From Fimbriosthenelais zetlandica (Eukaryota), in NCBI GenBank assembly GCA_977030845.1, contig OZ365110.1:31124001-31188000 (forward strand): 64,000 bases of DNA. The letters run 5' to 3'. The position numbers were made by a program, and so were the translations under genes. Each line of letters begins with the position of its first letter. Position 1 is the stretch's first letter. The notes below the pieces were generated by a model. The model searched no databases, was not told the origin of the DNA, and was given only the letters and a program-made list of their open reading frames with translations. This document shows positions 40,601 to 53,000 of this stretch, in pieces.

Positions 40601-43600
40601 ATGCAATAATCTTTTGCCTTGATCTTCCCACTTCCAAAATGGAAAGCAAAAACGTATTGTTTTTTAACTTCCCATGTGGAAAATAGCTTTGTCATGAAAG
40701 AGGGATTAATGGGGATCAAGTTACAATTGGGCTGGAAATTGCCACGTGCCTTTCATGCCACCTACCAATATGAGCGATAATAAGGGGTTTCTTACATCCG
40801 GAACTGACGCACTGCTTCGCTCAGATTCTTTGCCTCGAGGCTGAGGCACGTGCTTGTATTTAGCCCATCACCCACCTAGAACAACACCTCTCTCTCAATA
40901 AGAATCCTTCATATTTGTTAGAGTCGATACTTTTTTCAATTATGGCGGCAGCCGAGTCTATTCACAATGACTGACGCCAGGGTCAGTGTTTGTTGACATT
41001 CACTTATTGCCTTGTCAGTGTATGAAGGCCATGGATGGCAGTTGATAAAATGGCCACGGCTAACATTCAAACATAATATGAACAAACGCGGCAAAATGAC
41101 ACTTCAATACAAAGCATTCATCATGAATATCACCCGCTATCCACATAACATAGGCAGACCATAATTACACTTCTTAAAAGTTCTTTTTAGCAAATCGAAT
41201 GAACCCAACTCGGCCTAGTATGCATTAATGTGCTGAAATTCATTCAGCACAATACGACCGTGATCAAAGCAGCAAGGGATGGCCGAAAAATTTGCCAAAC
41301 ATACGACCAACAGAAACAACGAAGCTGATGTAAGAGGGGAGCTGTTGAATTGTATACTTAGTATACATTCCGGCCTATAACATACCATGGCTGTCTAACT
41401 AGGTTGGACCCAGATGTCCACAGGAGTGAGGCCCAGATGGAGCTAGCCTAATCTGATCTATGACAGCTGGTCCCCCCGGCCCCCCATTCTTATTATAATC
41501 ACTCTGATCACCTCTGATCAGAGCCTAATGGTGCAATTGTAATGTGAAACCAGCCTATTTGTGCTCGCTACAGGACCGTCAGCAATGGCAGAATTGGAAA
41601 ATGACCTAATTAGATTCATCAAGTGCCTCAGAAATATCATTGCTCTGCCGCCAGTTGTGTCCAATTGTATGTTAATGATTAATTAACGGCTGAGAAAAAG
41701 CAAAAGTGGAATCACAAATAAGGTACTTTGATATGGTACCCATATATCTCTAGACTTGGAGGCAGTTCTTGGATTACTATTGCATTCAGCGAATATGTAT
41801 GGCTCATTTCCCCTGGCAGGCTCCTTCGTCTATAGAGCATATCTTTCAGCTGCTGCAATTCGGGAGGTGTTGCTATGGCTACTGTTAAAAGATGCCCACT
41901 CACGCTTTGATCTGGCATCTTTTTGCGCCTACTTTCCTCCCGCCTCTGGATCCGGCCTGAGTGATGCTGATAGCCAGAAGATGTTCTTGGAGATATCATG
42001 GCAGATTCCCCCGCTCTGTTGAGTGGGCTGCAGGCAGCTTTCTTTCATCTGCCATCGCACTCCTTGATTCGCGATGCACCCACCGACCATCCCTGGATCA
42101 ACTCTAGATATACTTCCAATTGCTGATTCCACACATGGCTCCATCTCTGGCCCTATTTCCCTGCCTTCCAAAACAGGCGAAGTCCCTGATCTTCTTAACC
42201 ATTAAGTCGCAGCCAAATTTCACCGACCAACAAGGGCCCGATAGGAGGTAGCCCACCCGATTAGTACAGCCCTGATAACAAGGCAGGGGTGAAATTGGAA
42301 TTCTGTGGCAGGTCGAAAAAACAAAGCTTGTTGTATCAATGGACTGTGATAACGGGTGGAAAGAGCCGGTTCTGGGCGATATCTGACCGGAGATGGCAGG
42401 GGCTTAGTCGGGAGGCTTCCCCGGCCCATCCTGGAGGCCATCTAATAGAGCATCACATGGTGCTTACCAGGCCCCCATTTAATGCTTCTATATCTATGAA
42501 ACAAGTCCATCTCCACTCAAATGAACAAGATAAGGTGTTCATACAGGCCTAGCACACAAGAATGTGGTATGATGGGCCGATAAAGGAGGACACTGTCCTG
42601 ACTACCTTTCCTTACAATCTGCTCCCTGCTATATTTAACAATGGGACCAGCGCTAAACTCAACCTTCATAACCACTGCAGGCTTGGTTTGATCTTGGACA
42701 ATCAGGCATCTACCCCTGCAACCCCACATAAATAATGGTTATCAGCAGGGAATGGAGATATTAACCTTTCTTTGAACTCGGAGGGAAAACGCTCCTATGG
42801 AAACATGTCCGCCTGCACACTCTTTGCCCAATGCTGAATGAGGAAATATTCATAGCTGGTGGAAAATGGCGATTCTCGCTTGAATTCCTCCTGAATTTAA
42901 TCTCAGGCTCATGTAGTATTGAGGCGGGGTGAGGGAGAGGTCTGTGAAGTTAAGGGTAGGTGTGTGAGGGTACAAGGCCTGGCCCTTTTATTGGAGTGAG
43001 CTGAGGGCCTGGGGGAGCTAGCCCTGTTTTATGCTCTCGGCTTGTCACTGGGATTATCTGGATATCATCGGTGATGGATGTGCATATAATTAGTCTAATG
43101 CCCTCAGCTCAACTGAAATCAATCTGCAGAAGTGACTTTTACCACTTAGAATTACCTGGTTCCACGCAGATGTTATACAATATTTCACCATTTTTACCAT
43201 TGGTGACTATAAATTTTGAAATATGATTTAATATCCAACTAGCTTTGTTTAAGTAATTCTTTTGTATCTGACCACTCTGTTATCTGACTGAAAGTTATCT
43301 AAACCTCATGGGTATTTAAATCAGAATAAGTTAAATAGCTATTTAATTTAACCTCATGAAAGGTCACACACACAACAGAGAGCATATGACTTTGTCAAGG
43401 TCCATGCTAAATAGCCACCTGGCGAGAAGAACTGCAATGACACACGCCATCTGCCCACTCACGTGACTCTCGCGCTTCCGGTGTCTTCCAGGTTTCACAG
43501 CAACATATCTGATAGGGCCAGAAACTCATCCTCCTATTTGGCAGCCAAGCCAGTATAGCAGAGAAGAGTGCCTGATAGGCAGGCGGTGGCCTAGACTGTT

Positions 43601-44227
43601 GCCCTTCCATTTGGGCAGCTCAGTTTTCTGTCACAGACAATCTAGGTCTACAGGCAAGCGTTTGACTCATGCGCATTGAGTCATGGCGTAAATGGTTGGA
43701 AAACCCTGGCCGTTTGGCAGGGCTGATGTGGAAGTCAAAACACGGCTGTCATATTTCATTCACTTGTGCCGTGTACATTTCTGTCAGTCGACCTAGGTAG
43801 GGAACTTCACTGGGAGGTCCCTAGAGGCGGCGGCCGACTGACATTGTGCTTAGATCGACCCGAGTGGTGAGGCATTACTGGTTATAAGCCTCCACTTGGG
43901 AGTGTCTGCTTGAAGTGGGTCATTGCAATCGTCAAAGCATCCCCCAGTACTAACCATCCACTCGCATGACCAATGAAAACATTATTCCAATTCCCGCTGG
44001 TATTTTGCTCTAAGTGTCATTCATTGCTTTTGGAAAATGAACCGCTAATATCAAGCCTTGTGCTCAGAATATCTATTTGTCCAGCCAATGATATGGGGAT
44101 GATTGGCAGATTAGGGTCAAAACGGAAATAGCCAGGGATATCCAAAGCGAAGAACATAATATATAATAAAATATGAAATCAAAGATGATAGTTAAAAGAT
44201 AATAGAATCTCAGAATTTAGAACTTAC

Positions 44228-44348
44228 CTCCTTCGGTTGGATCAAGTCTCCTAGCTCGGCGGCCATGTTTGGAGTTATTGTGTACGAACATGTTGTCTGA
44301 AACGGCCAATAGGGGGCCATCGACACAAACTGTTGTAGATATAGCAAC
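44228..44348 (-). CDS. coe: COE/EBF coding exon, end of DBD and basic linker: [40 protein letters not shown]
   Basis: Signature [23 protein letters not shown]. Acceptor TTTGCAG, donor GTAAGT, 121 bp, phase 0 to 1. Confidence 0.97.
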
Positions 44349-45304
44349 CTGCAAATACATCAAAGTGCAATGTATTATACACTTGTATACAGACATCAAT
44401 GAGTGCAGGTCTATCGATTTTCAATGTTTTTCAAAGCACATGTTTTTAGAAATACATTGTAGTTTTAAAGTTAAAGGCGAACCTTTTCATAAAGTAAGCT
44501 TATTATTATAATGCATCAGAATAATATAGAGGTAGTTGATATGACTGATAACTGCGGTTATATTGGAGGTCAGTTAAGGCCGCTTTAAGGCAGTAAAACC
44601 TGCCATGGATCCATTGATATCTAATGACTTTATAGCCATCCCTAAGCCTCCATGTCTCCCACCTTACCAGCTCTGAATCTAACAGTTTGATTGTACCTCC
44701 TTTAAATCACCCCGCCCTACCAGTGGGCCACCATTAATACCCCCAAGAGCTCACTACAATGAGCCCCCAGGATCATATCTGCTCACCACCGGCGCGAGCA
44801 GCTCTCAACCCGAGCCTCCCCCGCCCGCCTCGCCCCTCCAATCCCCCAGACTCGCGCTCCGACGCCATAAATACGCTGGTAAGAAATCAGCTAAGTTATT
44901 GGTAATGAGCACATGAAGGGGAGGCTAGGGTGGACGCAGGGCACGCTCCGAGTGAGAACTCGAGCCTTAGGGAGTCATTCTTCTCCTCTACGAGCTGGAG
45001 CATTTTTCAGGACTTCGATCATCGGCCGTGGAAACAAAGCAGCGTTTAAGTGATAGCGGGCGACAGGCAAACGATCATCGCGGGACCATAGCCCCGCCTT
45101 AGATCGCCTGACGTATTGGTGAACAGAGCAGTTGGTTCTCTCTTCTATTGCCTGGTGACAAGGCAGAGGTGCACCATGCAAAACCCTAAAATCTTAAGGG
45201 AATAGAGAGGAGACGGAAGTGGAAGATGTCTTTATAAAAAGAGAACATTGGTCAATAAGAGAGGGTTGTGTCAAAATAGCAGCTGAGTTAACTTCAGTCA
45301 TCAC

Positions 45305-46148
45305 CCACAAGGGGGCGAGACGCTGCTGACACCGGAAGTCCTCTCAGGGGACCGGGAAAGATACTTCCGCTCATGATTTTTCGCACGAAAATTTCCCTCC
45401 AGTGGAAATTGCCAAGCAGGCTTCTGGAAAAGGGCCGCAGGGAAAGTAAGGAAATATTTATGGAAGGGAAAATTTGGTAGATATTTGTAGCAACCGAATT
45501 TAAACATAATGTGATCCTAGGAGTTCTATTATAAGGCCCATTTCAATTACTTTTGCGACGTTTGATAAGCAGTGTGTTGTGTCGGTGGCCTATTTGATGT
45601 GATTTATCACATACCCACCGCTCGCCACTCACTCCTATCAGCACCAAACACAGTCAGCCGCCGCACGCATAGCGCATGCGCGCGGTCTCCATGACTACCC
45701 AAGCGCGACGTCAGCGCGGCCATGTTGGTGTGATAAGCGGCAGGGCCGATAGGGGTCGCTGGCCACCAGAAACGCTACCCACAAGTCACGGATCGGCCAG
45801 CAAAAATAAATTAACTGTTGAAATAGACAATATCATCTTTACATGCACTCGATTTGCTGATTGGTGTAAAATAAGTGGCCGGCGAAATTAAGCATTGTTT
45901 CTTCTGAGCACTAGGTTAGGACGTCACGAATGTAGCCCTACGTCTGTTAGGCTAATAAAAAAAGTCACAAAATGGACCTCATGGACACCAGTTAGTAGTA
46001 CCATCTTTGGGATCATCTGGGGCCGTTGGGGAATCCCGTCAAATATGACACTGCCACTCACTCACCCCATAAAAGCCTCTTGTAAAGAGACACCTTAAAA
46101 CAGGACATTGATAGACCGCGCATGCGCTTGCCACACTAACACTTCCGG
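45305..46148. promoter_or_regulatory. CpG-rich promoter/enhancer-like module inside a coe intron
   Basis: CCGGAAGT 45332, ACTTCCGC 45363, GCGCATGCGC 45672 and 46118, ACTTCCGG 46141, CTCF-like CCACAAGGGGGCGA 45305. CpG density is visibly above background. Confidence 0.5.
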
Positions 46149-46239
46149 CTTAGTTTAGCGGTTATGCCTGGGCTATATTGCCGGACAAATAGATGGCCAA
46201 AGAGATAACAGAAGTCTTGTAATGATGTAAGACACTTAC

Positions 46240-46321
46240 CTGGAAACGTCGCATGTCACGGGGATTCCCAGCATTCTTTAGGCAGTTCTGGTTGCATTTC
46301 ATAAAGAATTTTAGGAAAAAT
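46240..46321 (-). CDS. coe: COE/EBF coding exon (first intact one in window), DNA-binding domain: (R)[27 protein letters not shown]
   Basis: Near-invariant COE DBD peptide. Acceptor TTTTACAG, donor GTAAGT, 82 bp, phase 2 to 0. Size matches my recollection of vertebrate EBF exon 7. Confidence 0.97.
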
Positions 46322-46968
46322 CTGTAAAAGAAGAAAAGAGAATAATCACTGATCAGTATATTAGGCCTAATAGTCAACATTTTATATTAGATCATCATAC
46401 ACTAAAATACAATTTTTTTAAACACTGGCATAAATAAATACATGACACTCAATAAACCCAGTCCTAGCCTACATAATAATTATTTTGCAACCATAAGGGT
46501 TAGGGCCTAGGCATTTTCTTAGTGACTGGACCTTTATATCAAATGAGCGTTCAGGCCGAGATAATTCATCTGCATTTTAACACTATCAAATACGTGGAAG
46601 ACGTTTTTTATTCATTAACTAAGCTGAAGCTCCATGGACGGCCTCCTTCATCTCCCCCACCTCCTCCTCCACCTTCTTGTGCCAGCAATCCCCAATCGAT
46701 CCCAGCCAAGAGAGACAACAGCCTACCAGCTAAGAGGGAATCCGACTAAATGAGGTTATGTGCATCCCCAGAGATGAACACTGGTAGCAAATCGTGGAAC
46801 GACTGTCTTTATCAAATACTAGCCAATAGAAGTCAGATTGAGAAATCCCTGGGAGATTGTAGAGCGCCTTATCTAGTAGGGGGCCTAACTAGGGGGTGTG
46901 CCCAATGTCAGTTATCGGAGCTAGCTTCAGGGATGGCCTACACAATCCCTACAAGGCAAACATCGACC

Positions 46969-47029
46969 CTCGTCAGGATGATACTCTTGTTTGGGCTCCT
47001 GGTATCAAGATTTCTTCTCACAACAATAC
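46969..47029 (-). pseudogene. Possible decayed copy of the COE zinc-knuckle exon (CCEKKS*)
   Basis: Minus strand reads AG|G TAT TGT TGT GAG AAG AAA TCT TGA ... ATCATCCTGAC. The expected exon is SRCC[D/E]KKSCGNRNETPSDPVIIDR. It has a stop codon and a diverged middle, and could be coincidence. Confidence 0.35.
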
Positions 47030-50000
47030 CTTCCTACAACCATGGTTATCCAAGGCTTTCCCTGGTTTTTAGGCTCTTAGTATTAGCCAAGAACATGAAT
47101 CCATGGATCATTTAGCAGATATAAAAAGGCTTTTTAAAACTACTTAACTAGTTATTTTGTAATTTCCCATGCCCGTCAACGACCTGTTCACGTTATATTA
47201 ATCAACTGGTATAAATAATGTTGACTTTAAGCATAAGACTTCTGCTGGTGGCAATCCTTGGGATTGCTGACTGCACATTATGTACCAAACTCCTGAGGTA
47301 GGCTGACATGACCAATCTAGCCCAGCCCAGTCCTTCCTGTGTCCTTTTAAACAGGATGAGAATATATTTTGTCTATGTGACACTCCTGTCAGCCGTGTCA
47401 CACACAGTTGACAATGGTGGCCGTTAGCTTAGCCCACTGCCAGACGTATAGGGCCTTTATCCAGAGTTATGGCTCAGCCACAAAGTCATCTTTGCCTTTT
47501 TATTTCCTCTTCTCTTGTTGTTGCTCCACTGCTATGACACCATAGACATCCGCAATCAATAGGATTAAACGGCACAAAAGTAATTCATGGAAATCTAGGA
47601 CCTTTCTGGCGTTGCGAATGAGAGACTAAATTCCAGTGAAGATGACAGAAGTGCATTTGCAGCGCGAGGCAATGTGAGCATTTAGTGATCATTTACTTCA
47701 TGCTTGCCAGAGCTAAAGTGGCATCCATCAGGTCCCGACAAGGAAATAGTGCAACAGGTCTGTAAGGGTGCCTGTCAGTTAATGCGTTCTGCAAACACTG
47801 AAGGCTGACAATTCTTTTTATGGTATCATGGAAGATGCATGTCACAAGACATGAATATCCAAAATGCAGGATAGATCTACCAAGTTCCGATTGTAATATA
47901 TTATCATTAGCAAACAGATATAGATTTGTTATCCGGATACCATGCAGAAATAATTCTTCATATGAAGGGAAGATACAGAACAGAAGACACCAAACAGCAG
48001 ATTAACGTATGCATGTCTATCTTGTATTATTCAATAGCATTTAGATTGGGAGCTAGTCCTGTCTTTTTTATGCATGGATGCTGAATATGGCCAGATTTCT
48101 CAAGCGAACTGAGATGACCAACAGCCTGAGCTGCATCAGCAGCCAACTCTAAGAAGGAGATGCAGCACCACTAAAAGTGGAGCACTGAAGATAGCCCCCT
48201 ATGGTCCACTAAAGGCCTGGCCAGCATGGGTGCAATGAAATCTTGATAGGTGCTGCACAATGCGCACAAACACTTATGATGCACCATGGCCTCTAGAACG
48301 CATCACAAGCCCAGCACCAAGAGAGGGGAAATTGAATCGGAACGCAGTGTCTCGTGTTGAACCGTTCCTTCACCAAGCAAATCCATTGCGCCCAAGGCCA
48401 AAGCCCTATCAACTATTGAAATCAGCAGCCATTCCAGGCCACACGTTCCAAAGGTAAAATGCTGACAACTGCCTCTCACAGCTCTTGCCAATATATGCCT
48501 GTCAACTGTAGAGGGCATCAAATTTGTCTGTCCTGGCTGGGGATATGACCTTTATTGAATTCTGAAAAGTTTTATATGTGTTCCTCTCCGTGTGATTGTC
48601 AGAAGTTCTGATGGATTTCTTTGGGGTAGCATCTTGAAAAACAAATGGATTTATCTTTTACAAAAGCTTATAATTGGGTATGACCCAAGTTTTGAACCAG
48701 CATACCAGTTATAATATGAACATTCCAACACATAGCTGCCTACGCCAAATGGTTCAATTCATATACTACTCATGAAATATCACTCTTCAACTAGCCACTT
48801 GCATATGCCCTTGTCTTCCATAGAAGTTTCATAGTCTTTGACAGCCTTTCATCGTTGATCCTATACATATGCTATAGGCTACTATCTTTGGGACGGAATC
48901 TTGACCACAAGCCTGACGAGTGCATGTCCACAACTGATGTCCATGTCTCGGGGTCGTTTGATCGCTGACCCTTGGCTGACCATGGTTGACCATCGGATGC
49001 ACATAGCCACCGTCCCCCTCTGGCCGTCCGGCCGTTCCCATCACCCTGACATTTCACCAGGGTTATTTAATCTCCCCCCACCACGGCACTGCTGTGTCAT
49101 CCAATTTCGCCGCCGCAAAGGAAAAATAATGGGATGTTACTGATGCAAATTGGGCTATCAAACATGGCCGCGGGCGCCGGGAGTTGCGGGTCGGGAGGCT
49201 GGGTCCCAATGACCTCAGGTCTTGGCCTTTAGCCCGATGCCGAAATAGGACGCGGGCTTCGGGCGTCGGAGGGGCGGGGTCGGGCGACTCAAGGTCGGCT
49301 CATTCCTGCAAGAAGCAGCCTCGAGAACACCTAATGTTCTGAGTCCCTTGTCGGAGCACAATCAAGTATCTCCGACCGCGGTCGTTCTCAATTCCACTTG
49401 TCAATCGGCTCAAGTGCCATCGAGTTGCCTTTAGGCCCTCTCCGGTCATCCTAACCCTGCTCCCCCGTGGCTCCAATAGGGCTGGATGCTATCTCCATCA
49501 TAACATTAGTTGTATCCGTTGAAGGGAGGGTTATAACATGGAGGTATCATAGATACACTACTGACCAGTCATGGAGACAGTCCTCCAGGGAGAAGCAAGC
49601 CTCCAGCACCAGAATAAATAGGACTCCTCCACCAACTCCTTCTCCTCCGTTTTTCAACAAGTCATTCATCATTTCCTGATTTGTCTCAATCACTGAGTGA
49701 ACAAACAAAATGCTCACTGACAGGAGCAAAATTAATCATTGTTTCCAGTCTGTGTGAGCTCGTTTCTTGATTGTCTCGAGTGGGACTTATTCCATTTGAA
49801 GTGTTTTTGTTCCTCACGAAATACACAAAAAAGATTCACAACAAGAACTGAGCTCCATTGTATAGAAAACATTCAGTGCTTATTGTAAATGCGGTATAGC
49901 TAGGATAGAATTGGAAGCCGGGGGGTTTTTAAGGGATAAAAGCTACTACGTTCATGTCAAGCGGACAAAACAAGGCTTTGTTTTTTCTCTTCTCGCTCTA

Positions 50001-53000
50001 CTTCTTCTTGATGGATCTAGGTGAGTAGTAAAACTTTCCTACAGTGAAACATGAGCTTCTGTATTCCACAGGACTAAGGGAGGAGTTAATCACATTGTAA
50101 ACAATGTCTTCTTTAATTCCTTCCCCAGGCCCGAGCATTTCAGGACGGCCGGTGGAAGCTCATTATTTATAGATGTCCATTGTCCGAGCTCGTCGGAAAA
50201 ACACTCCTTCAATTAGCTACGCTTTTGGCCACGGTTCACACGATGAGAGTCCAAAATCGCATTGATGGACCACGTCTACTAGGTTCTCTTATTTCTCTTT
50301 ATGTAAGAAAAGAAACAATGGGGGGAAGATGGAGAAGGGCTGGTACTTAGATGAACAGGCAGTGAAAAAGTGTTGTGAGTAGTGTAGGGAAAAGTGTGGT
50401 TGTGGCAGGTTGAAAAAGACAAGTATAGTGCTTGGTTTGTTGAGCGGGTTATGTCTGGACTGGTCGGGTCTGTAGGGCGGTGAACTTAAGTCCCCAAAGA
50501 TGGGACCCCGGAGCCAGTGTCGGTCACTTTTCCTCTACACCTTGACAAGGATTGTCTAGCGGTCAAAGGGCAGCAATTCCCACATGTTCCCTGCCTCAAG
50601 TGGCAACCACTCGTACTACATCACCTCCCAGAAGCCTCTTGCCATACAACAAGCATTTAATTTACACAGAAACCAACCCATGCAACCCTCCAGCTTTACA
50701 AAATAGAAATGTAGAGCTAAAGCCCCATCTATCCTCCTGGGTCCCGCCTCCTGTGTATAAGCCCCCATAGGGCTCAGCAACCCACACCCCTAGAGGCCGC
50801 CCAGCCACACTAGGACAAATGCTCCATGGTTCTTCTCCAGTGTAGGATAATTGGTGCAGCACTATCGGACGTCTGGAGAATTACAAGTTAATTAGGACTA
50901 TGACCCGCCGATACCATGGAACAGCACGGAAAATCCCTATGGCTACTCCAGGGCGTGTGAATAATTGATGGAAGAGCCAGCCACACCCCCTGCTCCTCCA
51001 CTTGATGATGTATCTCACTATCATGCTTCTCTTACTGGAGGAGAAATCCATCCCACCTGACGATCTGCACCTGCGCAGTGGTGGCATCTGGTGTAGAATC
51101 ATCAGTTCTAAATCACTATCACTATCCAATTAATGACCATACAGTTGGTATCTTTAGACAGGCGATTAACTTAATATCTATAACAAAAGTAACAAGACTC
51201 TGGGAGCAATAGACATGTATGAAGTTATTTAAGATCTTTCTGTGTTGTTTTCGTTTCAAACATAATGACTGACAATTTTTTTTATATCAATCTACCAACG
51301 GTTTGTAACTTAATATTTATGGGCTTCCAAGGTAATTCCGACAAGAGGTCGAGAGGTAAAACAATGAATAAAATTATAATAAAACCTCACATTATCTTAG
51401 TAAAGACATTTCCTATGCCTCATTGATACTTAACTCAATGGGCATTTAAGTGTTTCCAGGGATAGTTTATAAGCAGGATGGTAGGATGCAATATTTATGC
51501 TCATAAAAATGCCTATCCCTGGATGAATCTCAAGTCTGGGGTCTTTCTGACATTGGCTGTGAAAGTGAGGGAGGGGGCGGTGCTAACAATAAGGCTAAGA
51601 TCGGCTTAGTGAGTGAGGGAGGGAACTTAGTGGAGGAACCAATAATCCTCGCTTCCTGATCCGGCTTTATAAGGGCCACTTCGTGCTGACACTCGACCCC
51701 TGTCTCTCACCATTTATATCCTCAACTGCCCAGTCTCACTAACATGCAAACCAGGTACAAGCCACTGGTATAATCTTTTTTAAACCAATTTATCATTTGT
51801 ACTAAAGTTGTATTATACCCTTCCTGACTAATTAGAGTTTGAAACATATTACTCTATGTAGTGTCGATAATTCTTAAGGTTTTCTAAAATTTCAAGACAT
51901 TTATGATACGCCAGTTTTTGATCACACTCAGACGACTCTGAACAGATTGTTATTTCCCCGATTGCCAAGCAATAGGAGAGGGTTGATTGGTAGTGAATCG
52001 TGACCGATCACACGTGAAGGTGTCTCGTCAAGAGTGGAGGCCTGAACCTCGAGGGATCACCGAGGTAATGATCACCCATTAAACCCGACCTTTCACCCTT
52101 CCCCATCCCGAGTAATAGCACTGCCTTCAGATCGGTTTACTGGGAAAATATCAACGCTACTTGAATGCTGCTAAATTCTCCCAACTCCCACCCATGACAT
52201 GACAGCCTGGACAGACAGCTGGAAGGAGTGGAGAAAGTGTCTGTTGGGTATAAGTGATAGGGAAGAAGGAAGGAAGGGAAACTTAAGAAGATTTCTCCCC
52301 TTATTATGGCAAATAGGAGGGGTAAAACATTAGTAGGCTAACAGTGTTTTGCTTGTAGAAGCCCGCAGACACACGTGTGAGATGAAGGGGACTTGTTTGT
52401 GATGTGGAAGAGTTAGAAGGTTTGGAGCAGCTGTTTCTGAAGCAAGCATCATGAAAAGCTGATAGGAATCACATGCTACTATCCATGCAAGCCTCAGTTA
52501 GTCGCATCTGATAACAAGAAACTGTGGGAAATATCACCCACTGATGTGTATCCATTGCAGGGAAGTTCGATTTGAACTGGTGTAATCACCCTCTTCAAAA
52601 TCTGCTTGGGTGGCAAACATCTGGGGTATTTTTGAATACTGTTTCACATTTCCTCGATCTATTCCACGTGGCATTTTCTGTGAAACCATCATTCAGGCCA
52701 CAATAAGTATCAAGAAGCAATACTTTAACATTTATAGGCACAAAAAAGTATTAACATTCAGTCAGGGCTGTTTAGTCCTGTTCTCCACATTGTCTAAAGA
52801 GGGCTTTAAGCCGTTGGCAGCCGAACCAACCAGCCTGAATGCTGGCCCAAGAATTGTTACCTTCTGGTAACTGCCTCATCTAAAGTCTCGTGAAACAACG
52901 GGCCTTCACGGCCCTAGCGGGATTTGATAACGAGGTCAGAAACGCCGTGAAAACGAGGCTAGAGTGCGTGGCGGCCCAGTGAAGACAACACTAGGGCTGG

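Noticed and set aside
43331-43346. Perfect 16-bp palindrome TTAAATAGCTATTTAA
   Set aside because: About one such palindrome is expected by chance in this window.
47005-47007. TGA at a zinc-ligand Cys position read as selenocysteine
   Set aside because: The downstream GNRNETPSDP is not conserved, splice signals are poor, and no SECIS was recognised.
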